From Chiloscyllium plagiosum (Eukaryota): a stretch of DNA of 45,426 bases. The position numbers and the translations under genes are program-made. The stretch lies in NCBI RefSeq assembly GCF_004010195.1, contig NC_057717.1, positions 102,979,676-103,025,101 of the forward strand, written 5' to 3'. How positions within the stretch are numbered: the stretch's first letter is position 1; the number at the start of each line of letters is the position of its first letter. Shown in pieces: positions 1 to 10,700 of this stretch. Below the pieces are notes generated by a model. It saw only the letters and a list, made by a program, of their open reading frames with translations, searched no databases and was not told where the DNA came from.

Positions 1-415
1 ACGATGTTTCCCCTTGTGGGAGAGACTAGACTACAGTCCACAAGTTAGAAACGAGGGCTCTCTCATTCAAGACAGGTGAGGCAAATTAGTTTTTTTCTCT
101 CTGAAAGTGTCATGGGACCATGGACTTCAATCCCCATTGAATATTTTTTATGGCTAGGTTAATAGATTCTTGACTGACAATAGAGTCAGGGTAAGCGTAG
201 AGTAATGGGATAGGGGAATTGGTCTGGGTAATATACTCTCTGGAGGGTCGATGTGGACTTGTTGGGCCAAATGGCCTATTTCCACGCTGCAGGGAGTCTA
301 CGAAATTCTATGAAATGAGAAAGCAGTGGGGTTGGAGCTGATATCAGATTAGCCTTGATCATTGTGAATGGTAAAGCAGGATGAATGGAACATCCCTGCT
401 CCTAATCCTAATGTT
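1..415 (+). mobile_element. CR1-type LINE 3' end, interrupted by an HE1 SINE 3' fragment (~205-300)
   Basis: 'gatgtttccccttgtgggagagactaga' and tail 'cctgctcctaatcctaatgtt' resemble other CR1 tails here; 205-300 matches the HE1 tail 'gtggacttgttgggccaaatggcctatttccac'. Confidence 0.65.
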
Positions 416-626
416 TATTGGAGGAGGGATTCTCATCCTTACAGTGGGCGGGGGTGTGGTTTGAAGTTTTTTGAGTTTGCAGAAACCACAGTTGAAAAGT
501 CTGGTTAAGCTTCAGTCATTGCCAATGAAGGCATTGGAAATATTAACGCGCAGGGACCAAAGGTTCTGGTCTTACCAATATTTGGTTGGGGGGAAATGTT
601 TTGGCCATTCATCAGATTGACAGTTT

Positions 627-1071
627 ATTTTTATTTCAAGAATATACTTTATTCATTAAAAAAACTTTGCATATACGCATAGTCACAAATGCAGTTCGGT
701 TCTGCACAGTAGCACATCAAGGATACAAATGAACATTAGAGTTTGACTCTAACCAAAGTCATCTCTTACACATGCAAGATTATATTTACATGCATTAAGA
801 CTTGAGGAGAGTCCGACAACTGAACAGACCCCCATTTACCTTCAGCAGGAAGACCTCAGACGACGGTCTTTCCCCACCATGCGTTGGTGGCAGCTGCCCC
901 AAGCTTTAATGTGTCCCTCAGCACATAGCCCTGGACGTTGGAATGTGACAGTCTGCAACACTCGGTCTGGAAGACCAAAAAGGTCCGGGCAGACCAAAGA
1001 GTGTCTTGCACTGAGGTGATGGTCCTCCAAGCACAGCCGATGTTTGTCTCGGTGTGCGTGCCAGGGAACAG
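627..1071 (-). mobile_element. Tx1-clade (L1 group) LINE 3' end: ORF2 C-terminus plus 3' UTR and A-rich tail
   Basis: Frame 1071->856 reads LFPGTHTETNIGCAWRTITSVQDTLWSARTFLVFQTECCRLSHSNVQGYVLRDTLKLGAAATNAWWGKTVV*; AATAAA and A-rich tail near 630-650 on the minus strand; 'acagttt' at 620-626 and 1068-1074 as a possible TSD. Confidence 0.8.
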
Positions 1072-1769
1072 TTTGACACTGGAAGGGTGGAGTGATGTAC
1101 TACGAGCTAGAACTCACTCTGAGCTGTGAGTTGAACCTGACCCATTTTCGCAAATGATACCGAGGACAATGTGCAAATGAAGAGTTGGCTGAGGACTGCA
1201 GAGATTGAGCCGAATCAGTGCATGGGGCTGTTAACCCTCCACATAGGCCACACTGAGCTTCTGCTGGTTTCTCCGAGCTGCTGGGCGGAAGGCAGTTTCC
1301 CTCCAGAGGTGCGTTTCATTGCCCTCCCCCTTCCTTCGGAAACTGGCAGCAACTATTAAACTATCCCGATGGGTCCAACCAAATGGCACCAAGATGGCAA
1401 GCCTTGATCTATGAGCAAGGGAGCAAGGTGGGAGATGCTAGTCCCCATTCTTCTTGCTTCTCTTGAAGAATTCCCAGTCCTGTTTTCAACAGAATCTCAG
1501 CTCATTATCAGTCACTGCTGCCAATGTGGTACAAGTCCTAATGGTAGCAATTACTATTTAGGCATGATATTTAAATTAACATCACAGTTTTTAGTCATTT
1601 CAACTGGTCATGAATATTCAACACATGAGACTTGGTGGCCGATCTTTTATCAACAATATTGATTCAGAGACACTTCAGGTATAGCAGAATTATCTCTTAA
1701 GTAATGGACAATGGTGCCTTTTCCTTTGTTTTGTGGTTTGTCATTTGTTGGAATCATAAAGTCATACAG

Positions 1770-2222
1770 TCCTTGTGTATATTTAGAACGGTGATAGGTA
1801 GACTCTTGATCAGTTGGGGAATCAAGGGTTATGGGGAAAGGGCAGGTAAGAGATGATTAGATTAGATTAGATTAGATTACGTTTTAGATTAGATTAGATT
1901 ACTTACAGTGTGGAAACAGGCCCTTCGGCCCAACAAGTCCACACCGACCCGCCGAAGCAGACCCATACATCTACATTTACCCCTTCACCTAACACTACGG
2001 GCAATTTCCCATGGCCAATTCACCTAACCTGCACATTTTTGGATTGTGGGAGGAAACCGGAGCACCCGGAGGAAACCCAAGCAGACACGGGGAGAATGTG
2101 CAAACTCCACACAGAGAGTCGCCTATGAGGAATATAAGATCAGGTGTGATCCTATCGAGTGGTGGAACAGGGTTAAGGAGTCAAACAGCCTACTCCTGTT
2201 CCCATTTCTTATGGTCTTGTAT
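1770..2222 (+). mobile_element. CR1 3' tail split by the HE1 insertion at 1855-2123
   Basis: 'gggaatcaagggttatggggaaagggcagg' before the SINE and 'cagcctactcctgttcccatttcttatggtctt' after it. Confidence 0.65.
1855..2123 (-). mobile_element. HE1-type V-SINE, 5'-truncated, with (TTAGA)n tail
   Basis: Core 'ggattgtgggaggaaaccggagcacccggaggaaaccc...ggagaatgtgcaaactccacacag'; gattag repeats at 1855-1900. Confidence 0.9.
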
Positions 2223-2299
2223 ATACCTAAAGGGCTTAACCTCATATAGAATTGTTACAGAGCAGATGGAGACCATTGGACCCATCTTGTCTGCACTAT

Positions 2300-2712
2300 T
2301 GAGTCATACAGGATGGAAACAGACCCTTCAGTCCAACTCATCCAGGCTAAACAAGTTTCCCACACTAAACTAGTCCCAGTGTTGGGCCATATCTCTCTAA
2401 ACCATTCCTATTCATGTTCCTATCTAAATGTCTTTTTAATGTTGTAACTGTACCTGCATCTACCACTTCCTCAGGAAGTTGACTGTACATACAAACCAAC
2501 CTCTAAGTGAAAATGTTGCCCCTTAGGCCTCTTTTAATTCTTTCTCGTCTCACTTAAATCCACACCCTTGAGTTTTGAACTCCTCTACCCTGAGGAAAAG
2601 ACCTTTACTATTCGTCTTATTTATGCCCCTCATGATTTTCCAAACCTCAATAATATTTCCCCTCAACCTCCTACGTTCCAGTGAAGGAAGTCTCAGTCTA
2701 TCCGCCCTTTCC
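2300..2712 (-). mobile_element. CR1/HER1 LINE 3' end
   Basis: 'gagtcatacaggatggaaacagacccttcagtccaactc' tail; colinear with 24383-24925 and the reverse complement of 37660-38280. Confidence 0.85.
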
Positions 2713-2723
2713 TCCACTGCATG

Positions 2724-3313
2724 TGTTATGGACCATCCAGACAGCCCCCCCTCCTCAAAAATACTTTAAGAAGATAACCTAGACCCTAACTTTATCTTAA
2801 TTTAAAGGTAGACGTGAGGTGAATGTTCCAGGTATGATGCAGCTGGTCAAACCACTCGGCTTTAAGCAAAACTGTATTTATTTAACCCTATAATTGAAAC
2901 ATGAAGAAAAGAAAGTGGAATTTAGAATAACTTCACGATTAGAAAGCTCAACCAACCTGACACAATAACTATTGCTAATCAACTGTTCCATTACAGTAAC
3001 ATCCCATAAACACATCCCTTGGCAAAAAAGGGAAATTCAAACATAGATTCTGACAGGCAGGAGAGAACAACATCCAGAGAGAGATTTCAGAGAAAGGCAG
3101 ATCCTTTATTGAAGCTGGCAACTCCCCTGGACCCACACATCTTTTGACTGCTACAACTAAGAAGAAACTAAAATTAAACCTGAACTGGGACAACTGGTCA
3201 CTCCTCTTCCATTGTTAAACTGTTTAACTCCCTAGACTCTTCGGTGCCTCTGCCTTTAAGGTCTCTTTTCAAAAAAAGTCAAGTACACTTTTTAAAGTGA
3301 CAGCATCGTCACA
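2724..3313 (-). mobile_element. Solo LTR, Gypsy/Ty3-like
   Basis: TG...CA termini (tgttatgg...cgtcaca); flanks catg/cgcg compatible with a CpG-decayed 4-bp TSD; AATAAA on the minus strand near 2880; second copy at 33086-33501. Confidence 0.75.
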
Positions 3314-3344
3314 CGCGTGAGACTGAAGGTGGGGATGGAGCAGC

Positions 3345-3515
3345 TCCCACTTTAGGACTTGAGTAGGTCGCTCTCAGGCCAATACTGGAGTGTAGCACTC
3401 CTTCAGTGCTACATTGTCAGAGGTTCCAACCTTGGAGTGAGGGACCGCTGAGCTGGAAGGTAGCCCGAACAGAAAAGATCCTCCCGAAGTCCAGAAACAT
3501 TTCCTCGCTCAACCA
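3345..3515 (+). mobile_element. Degenerate DeuSINE (SacSINE1-like) 5' part
   Basis: 'tcccactttaggacttgag...cagtgctacattgtcagagg...aaaagatcc' resembles 14320-14500. Confidence 0.4.
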
Positions 3516-3757
3516 TGAAGATAACACATAAGAACATAAGATGAGGGGCAGTCCCTGCAGACTGCTCTGGCTAATCGGTTTGTGACCTTGACTCCACTTT
3601 ATTGCCTACTTCCTACAACACGTAACTTCCTTGCAGGTGCAACATCCTTCTAACTCATTGTTGAGTATATTTAATGATGCTTATGTTGCTTATGTTCTGT
3701 TGTTAATTTTAAATCTGATAGATTTTTTTTGTTAAGCAAGGGTATAAAGGGATATAG

Positions 3758-3846
3758 CTGAAAATGTGCTGCTGGAAAAGCGCAGGTCAGGCAGCATCCA
3801 GGGAACAGGAGAATCGACGTTTCGGGCATAAGCCCTTCTTCAGGAA
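3758..3846 (-). mobile_element. PLE-derived short module, family A, hammerhead-bearing, inserted in a CR1 tail
   Basis: 'ctgaaaatgtgctgctggaaaagcgcaggtcaggcagcatcc...cttcaggaa' flanked by 'tataaagggatatag' at 3743-3757 and 3852-3866. Confidence 0.85.
3816..3843 (-). ncRNA. Minimal type I hammerhead ribozyme core (family A)
   Basis: Minus strand CTGAAGA-A-GGGC-TTAT-GCCC-GAAA-CG-TC: intact core boxes, 4-bp stem II, palindromic ACGT in place of helix III. Confidence 0.75.
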
Positions 3847-3903
3847 AGGGATATAAAGGGATATAGACCAAAGGTAGGTTTATGGATGTAGACCCCAGTT
3901 CAC

Positions 3904-4252
3904 GGGCGGCATGGTGGCTCACTGCTGCCTCACAGTGCCAGAGACCTGGGTTCGATTCCAGCCTCGGGCGACTGTCCGTGTGGAGTTCACACATTCTCCC
4001 TGTGTCTGCATTGGTTTCCTCCAGGTGCTCTGGTTTCCTCCCACAATCCAAAGATGTGCAGGTTAGGTGAACTGGCCATGCTAAATTGCCCATTGTGTTC
4101 AGGGATATGTAGGTTAGGTGCATTAATCAAGGGTTAATGTAGGATAATAGGGTAGGGGAATGGGTCTGCGTGGGTTAGTTTTCGGACAGTCGGTGTGGAC
4201 CTGTTAGGCTGAAGGGCCTGTTTCCACACTGTGGGGATTCTAGGGATTCTAA
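3904..4252 (+). mobile_element. HE1-type V-SINE, near full length
   Basis: tRNA-like head 'gggcggcatggtggctc', B box 'ggttcgattcc', central core, CR1-like tail ending 'gggattctagggattcta'. Confidence 0.9.
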
Positions 4253-4334
4253 AACCTGTCAGACAGACTCAAGAACCTGAATCTTGGATACTTTAACAAT
4301 TGCTCGACAGCTGTCCCTATTTTCTTATCAAACG

Positions 4335-4890
4335 AAATGTCCATAAAGTTGACCCTGCATTTCCTGTTGTGTTGTCATTTCAGCACCCCATCCTGTTCCC
4401 GGGCCAACATCACTGTCTCAGGCTTGATGCAGTGCTCCACTAAAGCTCAGCACAAGCTGGAGGAGCAGCATCTCATTTTCCGCTTGGGGACCCTGCATCC
4501 CCACGACTCAATACCTAGTCCAATAATTTTAAGGCCTCAGCACCTTCGCCATGTCCTTGCCCCAACCCCCACACACCAAGCCTTGTCGTCAGATGGGCTG
4601 TGACCAAAACAACCCATTGTCAGCCATCAGTGGTCTCCTTAGCAGATATTCATTCTCACAAGCTGACCTTTACCCATTCCCTTGTCTACCCAATTGTTGT
4701 TCTCTCTCTTTCAGGGCTGTATCTCCACCTAGCATTTATTCCCACCAACCCCACCCCACCTGCAGCAGATATACCAATCCATTCCCAGCTGCCATCAGTT
4801 CTGAAATGTTATGTCTGCTTTCTCTCTCCACAGATGCTGTGAGACATGTCTTGTTTTCCCAACAATTTCTGATACTGTTTGCAAATTGTC
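4335..4890 (+). mobile_element. Penelope-like element 3' end: GIY-YIG endonuclease C-terminus plus 3' UTR/pLTR (family C)
   Basis: ORF 4337-4603 contains CHFSTPSCSRANITVSGLMQCSTKAQHKLEEQHLIFRLGTLHP, typical of PLE endonuclease C-termini; 4610-4880 matches the reverse complement of 41410-41690. Confidence 0.8.
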
Positions 4891-4959
4891 AACCCATTGT
4901 AATCAGCACTCTGAATTCCCAAATCAAACACACAACGTAAATCATTGACACAGTTATGA

Positions 4960-5340
4960 GTCTCCTACTGGCACCACGCTTATTCCTGAGCTGTTGTGTA
5001 TCTGACAGAGTGGGATTATTTCCTTCAACTGAATGCGTTTTATTTAAAACCCTAAAGGCACTGTAATAAAAAGACCAAAATTAATAAGCTACAAGAGAAA
5101 TATTGCAATTCGTTAGTGATCAAATTAAACATTCCAGTGTGAGCACATTAATGTAACCTTTCATTGTGCTGACAGGTATTGATTGAATGTTGCATTTCCA
5201 GCACATCTATTTGAAAATTGATCTTTATTTGCTGAAACCACCCATTCTTCTGATAATTATCATATTTTTTTTCAACATGCAGAATAAACATTGATAGTGC
5301 AGGAAAATTCAACAAAGGAAAATGAAGAGAGGTAAGGTGA
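4960..5340. promoter_or_regulatory. Unique AT-rich island, candidate conserved non-coding element/enhancer
   Basis: No repeat similarity seen; TGACAG (x2), TGATTGAAT and several TAAT/ATTA cores. Confidence 0.3.
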
Positions 5341-5513
5341 GCAAACTTACATTGATGGGGGAAAGAAGATTTCTGAATATTTATGTTTTGGGTTTTGCTT
5401 CAATGCTAAAGCGGTCCATTAGAAATGGCCATTTCTCCTCCTCTCTACCTGTGGTGGAGTACGTCTGCACTGCTCTTTTTATACCATGGAAACAGACCCT
5501 TCAGTTCAACCAA

Positions 5514-5639
5514 GAGAGAGTGAGGACTGCAGATGCTGGAGATCAGAGTCGAGAGGGTGGCGCTGGAAAAGCATGGCCGGTCAGGCAGCATCCGAGGATA
5601 GGAAAGTCGATGTTTCGGGCACAGGCCCTTCATTAGGAA
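5514..5639 (-). mobile_element. PLE-derived module, family A, with mutated hammerhead core (CTAATGA)
   Basis: 'gagtgaggactgcagatgctggagatcagagtc...tcgatgtttcgggcacaggcccttcattaggaa'; 'ttcaacca' at 5505-5512 and 5644-5651. Confidence 0.8.
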
Positions 5640-5984
5640 GTCCTTCAACCAGTCTATGCCGTCCGTTAACAACCTGACAAGATTGCTGAAAGGTTCATTC
5701 ACCTTATAGCCATTGTCTGAATGCCTATGGTCGACACTGACCAACATAAGCATGGGAAAGGTTAGACAGTGCCAGCTGAGATTTGGCAGATGCCAATCAG
5801 TGCCAGCAGTACTCCGATCCCACTTGACATTCTGCTCCGGTCGCTGAGGGAAAATTGTGGGGAGGGAAGGCCGAACCAAACAGTTTGGCTCTCACCCAGT
5901 TAACCCCATCCCCTCCTCGGAAGACCAGCACCTCAACGAATGCCACTTCATCCTGTGAGTTCAAAGTCAAAACTGCGGCTTTAC

Positions 5985-6012
5985 CTTTCTGATTGCTTTG
6001 CAGAGAACGTGG
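5985..6012 (-). other. Candidate 28-nt microexon
   Basis: Minus strand: tctttttttttattctcatctccag|CCACGTTCTCTGCAAAGCAATCAGAAAG|gtaaag; all three frames open. Confidence 0.3.
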
Positions 6013-6584
6013 CTGGAGATGAGAATAAAAAAAAAGATCTGACAAAGAGCACTTGTGGAAATTGAAAGGACAATTGTTGGAGGTTTTTTTTTGAAAAGGC
6101 TAAAGCTGTAAATCAGTCTAGATTTAGCTCTGAAAGCATCACACACCATTTTGCCACTTAGGGCTGAGTGTGAACGAAAGTGCCAAGTAGAAAAATGATT
6201 TCACAACGGAAAGAATATTAAGCCACACAGTAAACATGCTGAGAATAACAAAATAACACTGGAGATGGATTATTATGACAGTATTTGGATGACCTTCAGG
6301 GCTAACTTGGCAATGTAAATAAATGTTCCTTCCGCTAAGCATCTTTTCGTGTCATCATGTTGTTTCTCCAATTGTCATCTAGGGTGGAAACTGAAGAAAA
6401 TTCAGTCAAGTTCATAATATTTATGGAGAACGGGCCACATTTCTGCCAGATCATTGCAAAGAATGGCGTCATGTTGTAACAGTTGAGTAAGTACGATTTC
6501 AGATGAAGAGCTGCTAAAATGAACAGGCAGGATCCGAACAACCAACCCGTGTCTTTTTTTTAATGGTCGGTAGACCAGAACTTT

Positions 6585-6790
6585 TTATTGCTGGAAAAAA
6601 CACATCTTGCGGAAGATTTTCAGTCATCAGGATGATTCACAAGAACGCTAATTCATGAGGAAAGCTGACATTTAGACTGTATGAGAGAAGAGTACTGCTT
6701 GGTTAAACAAGTGAACTCTGACTGGTCGAGGTGTCGCTGGGGAGAATGCTCCCATTAGTGGTGATTGTCAGTTAACTGCTGGTCTAAGTG
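6585..6790 (-). mobile_element. Probable old PLE terminal remnant with collapsed hammerhead
   Basis: Minus strand of 6612-6630 reads CTGATGA-CT-GAAA-ATCTTC (stem II lost); family assignment from recall only. Confidence 0.4.
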
Positions 6791-7119
6791 GGTTAGTACA
6801 AATGTTGGTTTTCCCTTTTAGGGGGTTGGTGTTTTTGCAAACTGTTCTGGTGTGTATGTCAAAATGCAATTATTCGCAGCCTTCTCATTATGATGACTGT
6901 CACCTTTTCCGTGCGGAAGCGGCAAATGTATTTGAGCTGTTTGTGCTGTTGATAATGAGGTAACAAAGAGATGCTTTTGAAATAGTGTCAGAGGGACACT
7001 CACTGCTAAAATCTACCATCCTGCACAGGAATGACCAGGTTTAGTCCAGCTGTGAGTGACAGTCCAGTTACTTAAAAGCAAAGCCACCTACAGTGCAAAC
7101 TTGGCAACATCACCATTGG

Positions 7120-7490
7120 CTTAAGAACATAGGACATAAGAACATAAGAACCAGGAGCAGGAGTAGGCCGTCTGGTCCCTCGAGCCCGCTCCGCCTTTCA
7201 ATAAGATCATGGCTAATCTTTTCATAGACTCAGCTCCACTTACCCACCCTCTCACCATAACCCTTAATTCCTTTACTGTTCAAAAATCTATCTCTGCCTT
7301 AAAAGCATTCAACGAGGAAGCCTCAACTGCTTCACAGGGCAGGGAATTCCACAGATTCACAACCCTCTGGGTGAAGACGTTCCTCCTCAGCTCTGTCCTA
7401 AATCTGCTCCCCCCCTTATTTTGAGGCTATGTCCTCTAGTTCTAGTTTTACCCTCCAGTGGAAACCACCTCCCTGCTTCTGTCTTAACCT
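7120..7490 (-). mobile_element. CR1 LINE 3' end with (AAGAACAT)n tail
   Basis: 'aagaacataggacataagaacataagaaccaggagcaggagtaggcc'; 'gaattccacagattcacaaccctctgggtgaag'. Confidence 0.85.
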
Positions 7491-7959
7491 CTATGAAATT
7501 GGAGAGAGTTAATCAGCCCAGATCAAACCTGACTAGTCACTCTCTATTTCCTGTTCTTTCTCTGAGAATGCATTCAACTGTTTATTGAACACAGTTACAC
7601 TGTCCAGGTTAGAAGATTTCCTAATACCAAGGAAATCTGTATTCTGTTTGGAAAAAGGCAAGCCTTCAGCCTTTCTGTGAGCTCCCAGCTTTAGAATTTA
7701 AAAACAAAATTGATGTTTGAAATCCTAGTTGTCATAAACGAACGATTCCCTTTAAGCATTTTGAGCAAAACATCAAACCTAACTCAGCTTTCCTAATTTT
7801 TCTTCATAATTTGATCCCTATAATTATCAATATCTATGACAAAAGACCTTGACAATGTCCATCTATGATCAGCTAGCCATAACAGAACAAGCACTCTGGA
7901 TGGACACTAAGCCCAGGCTTATGCAACGCACATAATTAACAAGTTATCCTTAAAAATAA

Positions 7960-8630
7960 ATAAGAACGAGGAGCAGGAGTAGGCCTGTATGTTTTCTTAA
8001 CAATCCTATCAACCTGGGTGGCAATTTTGAGGGATCTATGTGCATGGACACTGAGGTCTCTGCTCATCTACACTACCAAGAATCTTACCATTAGCCCAGT
8101 TCCTGTTGCTCCTTCCAAAGTGAATCACCTTACACTTTTCTGCATTAAACTCTATTTGCCACCTCTCAGCCCAGCTCTGCAGCTTATCTATGTCCCTCTG
8201 TAACCTGCAACATCCTTCAGCATTATCCACAACTCCACCGATCTTGGTGTCATTCCCAAATTTACTAACCCATCCTTCTATGCCCTCATCCAGGTCATTT
8301 ATAAAAATGACAAATAGCAGTGGCCCCAAAATAGATCCTTGTGGTAGACCATAGTAACGGAACTCCAGGATGAATATTTCCCATCAACCACCACCCTCTG
8401 TCTTCTTTCAGCTAGTCAATTTTCCAAACTGCTAAATCACCCTCAATCCCATGCCTCCGCACTTTGTTTAACAGCCTACAGTGGGGAACCTTACAAACAC
8501 CTAACTGAAATCCATATACACCACATCAACCACTTTACCCTCATCCATCTGTTTAGTCACCATCTCAAAGAACTCAATAAGGTTTGTGGGGCACGACCTT
8601 CACAAAACCGTGCTGACTATCCCTAATCCT
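7960..8630 (-). mobile_element. CR1 LINE ORF2 reverse-transcriptase fragment (decayed)
   Basis: ORF 8036-8329: GPLLFVIFINDLDEGIEGWVSKFGNDTKIGG...LQRDIDKLQSWAERWQIEFNAEKCKVIHFG; catalytic FADD mutated to FGND. Confidence 0.9.
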
Positions 8631-8759
8631 ACATTAGGATATGCCTACATTAAACCTTTCAGAAGCTCAGTTTGCGTTAATTGTTTCTGAAGAACTTCCC
8701 CAAAATTAGCCGAACTGGAGACAGCTTGGATTTTGTGGAAACTGGAAGAAAGAACAAGG

Positions 8760-9060
8760 AAACCATCTTGCATTTGTATAGTGCCTGTAACAACCCAAAA
8801 GGAGCATTTTCATGGGACAAAGTGTATGGAGCCCGCATGAGGGGACTGGGAAGTGAGTGAAAATTTGATCCCAGAAGCAGGTTTGATGGAGTGACTCACA
8901 GGAGGAGAGGGAGGCAGTGATGTTTCGGGAAAGAATCCCAAAGGCACTGCTACTGATGGGTGAATGGCAGCATCATAAAAGAAGTCAGAATCGGAAATGG
9001 TGTGCCGAGGATTTTTCAGAGCCATTGGACCGGAGAAGTTTGCAGAAGCTAAGTAATTTG
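8760..9060 (-). mobile_element. L2-type LINE 3' end, degenerate
   Basis: 'cttgcatttgtatagtgcct' is the reverse complement of the tail seen at 21049-21075 and 39365-39390. Confidence 0.55.
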
Positions 9061-9632
9061 GAAAATGCAGATGACTTTGAAATGTAACGGACTTGACTAT
9101 GTGCCATAGTGTTAGCTTTGAAAGAAAATCTCTCAATTGTACAGCCAACAAGATGAGACTTTAAAACATATTAATTTGAAGCAGACAGGTCTTCAATTTT
9201 CAGAAGCCAGACATTTGATTGAAGCAGATGACTTATTTTGTGATGTTTTCTGTTAATCAACAGCAAGGAGAGACTGCTTCCACTGGGTGTTTTGACAAGA
9301 TAACAATGTTGAACTGAAAACCAGGCAGTATTTGCAGGCTGGCAGGGTGAAGCTGGCTGATCTCAGCACACTGACTCACTTCAGATATGTCTGATGCCAA
9401 CCTATATTCATGAAGCAAATTTAACGTCGAGGAACAGCCATACGCACTTCAATGAGGCATAGCCGAAAATAAAACAAGAGGGAATATTGCACCGATGAGT
9501 TGGAAGTAGGTTGGAAAATATTATCTTGATTTATAGACTCACTAAGCTCACAGCTGAAACTACAGAAAGAGGAGGATCCAGAAAAATACTGCCAGTGGTG
9601 CATGTTAGACAATCCAGATTACTGATCAGCTG

Positions 9633-10250
9633 TAGAGTTATACAGCACTGCAACAGACCCTTCGGTCCAACTGGTCCTTGCCCACTATAATCCCAGACTA
9701 AACTTGTCCTGCCTGCGTGTGCTTGGCCCACGTCCTTCCAAACATTTCCTATTCATGTAATTATCTAAACGTCTTTTTAATGTTGTAACTGCACCCACAT
9801 ACACCACATCCTCTGGATGTTCATTCCACACACAAAACCACTCACTGTGTAAAACAATTGCCCCTTGTGTCTTTTTCAAATCTTTCTCGTCTCGTCTTAA
9901 AGACATGTCCCCTAATCTTGAAATCCCCCACCCAAGGGAAAAGACATCTGCCACTCGCCTTATCTAAACCCCCTCATTATTTTATAAACCTTGAGCAGGT
10001 CACCCCTCAACCTCCAACGCTCCAGTGAAAAATGTCCCAGCCTATCCCGCTTCTCCTAATAATTCAAACCCTCCATTCCTGCCACATCCTGGTAACTCTC
10101 TTCTGAACCTTTTTCACCTTAATAATAACCTTTCTCCAACAGGGAGACCAGAACTGGACACAGTACTCCAGAAGAGACCGCACCAATGTCTGTACCATCT
10201 CATCATGATGTCTCAACTCCCATACTCAAAGGTCTGAGCAATGAAGGCAT
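9633..10250 (-). mobile_element. CR1/HER1 LINE 3' portion
   Basis: 'tagagttatacagcactgcaacagacccttcggtccaac' tail; ORF 9685-9954 contains VWNEHPEDVV...TTLKRRLDNYMNRKCLEG; parallels 39930-40550. Confidence 0.9.
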
Positions 10251-10309
10251 CTGTCCTACAGCCCTGGTCTTTAAAATCTCATTCAAAGGAAGTGGACATT
10301 GTTGGCTAT

Positions 10310-10490
10310 GAACATATGAATTGGAAGCAGAAATAAACCAATCAGCCCTTCAAACCTATTCCGTCATTCAATAAAATCATGGATGATCTGTTTGTGTTCT
10401 GAATTCCACATTCCCATCAATTCTCAATAACCTGTGGTCCCCTTGTCTGATAACAATCTTTCTCTGCCTTTATTACCCATCTCCAATTGC
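10310..10490 (-). mobile_element. CR1 3' tail fragment
   Basis: 'gaacatatgaattggaagcagaaataaaccaatcagcccttcaaacctattccgtcattcaataaaatcatgg'. Confidence 0.6.
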
Positions 10491-10519
10491 CCAGATGAAA
10501 GTGCGGATGGTGAGCAGCC

Positions 10520-10700
10520 TTTTCGGTTAGCTTGGCTGACTGAGTAATGCCGACAGCGTGGGTTCAATTCCTGTGCCTAGGGTCCCACCTTCTCAACCTC
10601 TCCCCTTGCCTGAAGTGATCCTCAGGTTAAACTCACTACCAGTTTTCTGACTCCAATGAGAAAGCAATCCTTGGAGATGATGGTGACTTTATCTTTACCT
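10520..10700 (+). mobile_element. tRNA-derived SINE (third type) with (TTTACC)-like tail
   Basis: 'cggttagct' A-box remnant, B box 'gggttcaattcc', tail 'atggtgactttatctttacctt'. Confidence 0.6.

Noticed and set aside
1855..1900. Telomere-like or CRISPR-like repeat
   Set aside because: (TTAGA)n is the SINE tail, not TTAGGG; no repeat-spacer arrays occur in this eukaryotic sequence.
3671..4123. Recurrent peptide 'GNLAWPIHLTCTSLDCGRKPEHPEETH' (also at 1910, 13365, 30101, 31452, 37135) as a gene family
   Set aside because: Antisense translation of the non-coding HE1 SINE.
5283..5331. Plus-strand exon candidate (ttttcaacatgcag|...GAG|gtaagg)
   Set aside because: Stops in all three frames before a terminal ATG, and joining to 6383 gives an early stop; could only be non-coding, with no support.
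5770..5810. TGCCAATCAGTGCCA resembling an LF-SINE motif or an NFI palindrome
   Set aside because: Match is only about 15 nt and from memory, with weak flanks; TTGGC-N4-GCCAA spacing is not the canonical N5.
6383..6486. Plus-strand exon with in-frame TGA, considered as selenocysteine
   Set aside because: All frames contain stops; no selenoprotein similarity and no SECIS evident.
9484..9500. miR-92-family-like TATTGCAC
   Set aside because: Only the seed matches; the rest of the mature sequence and a hairpin are absent.
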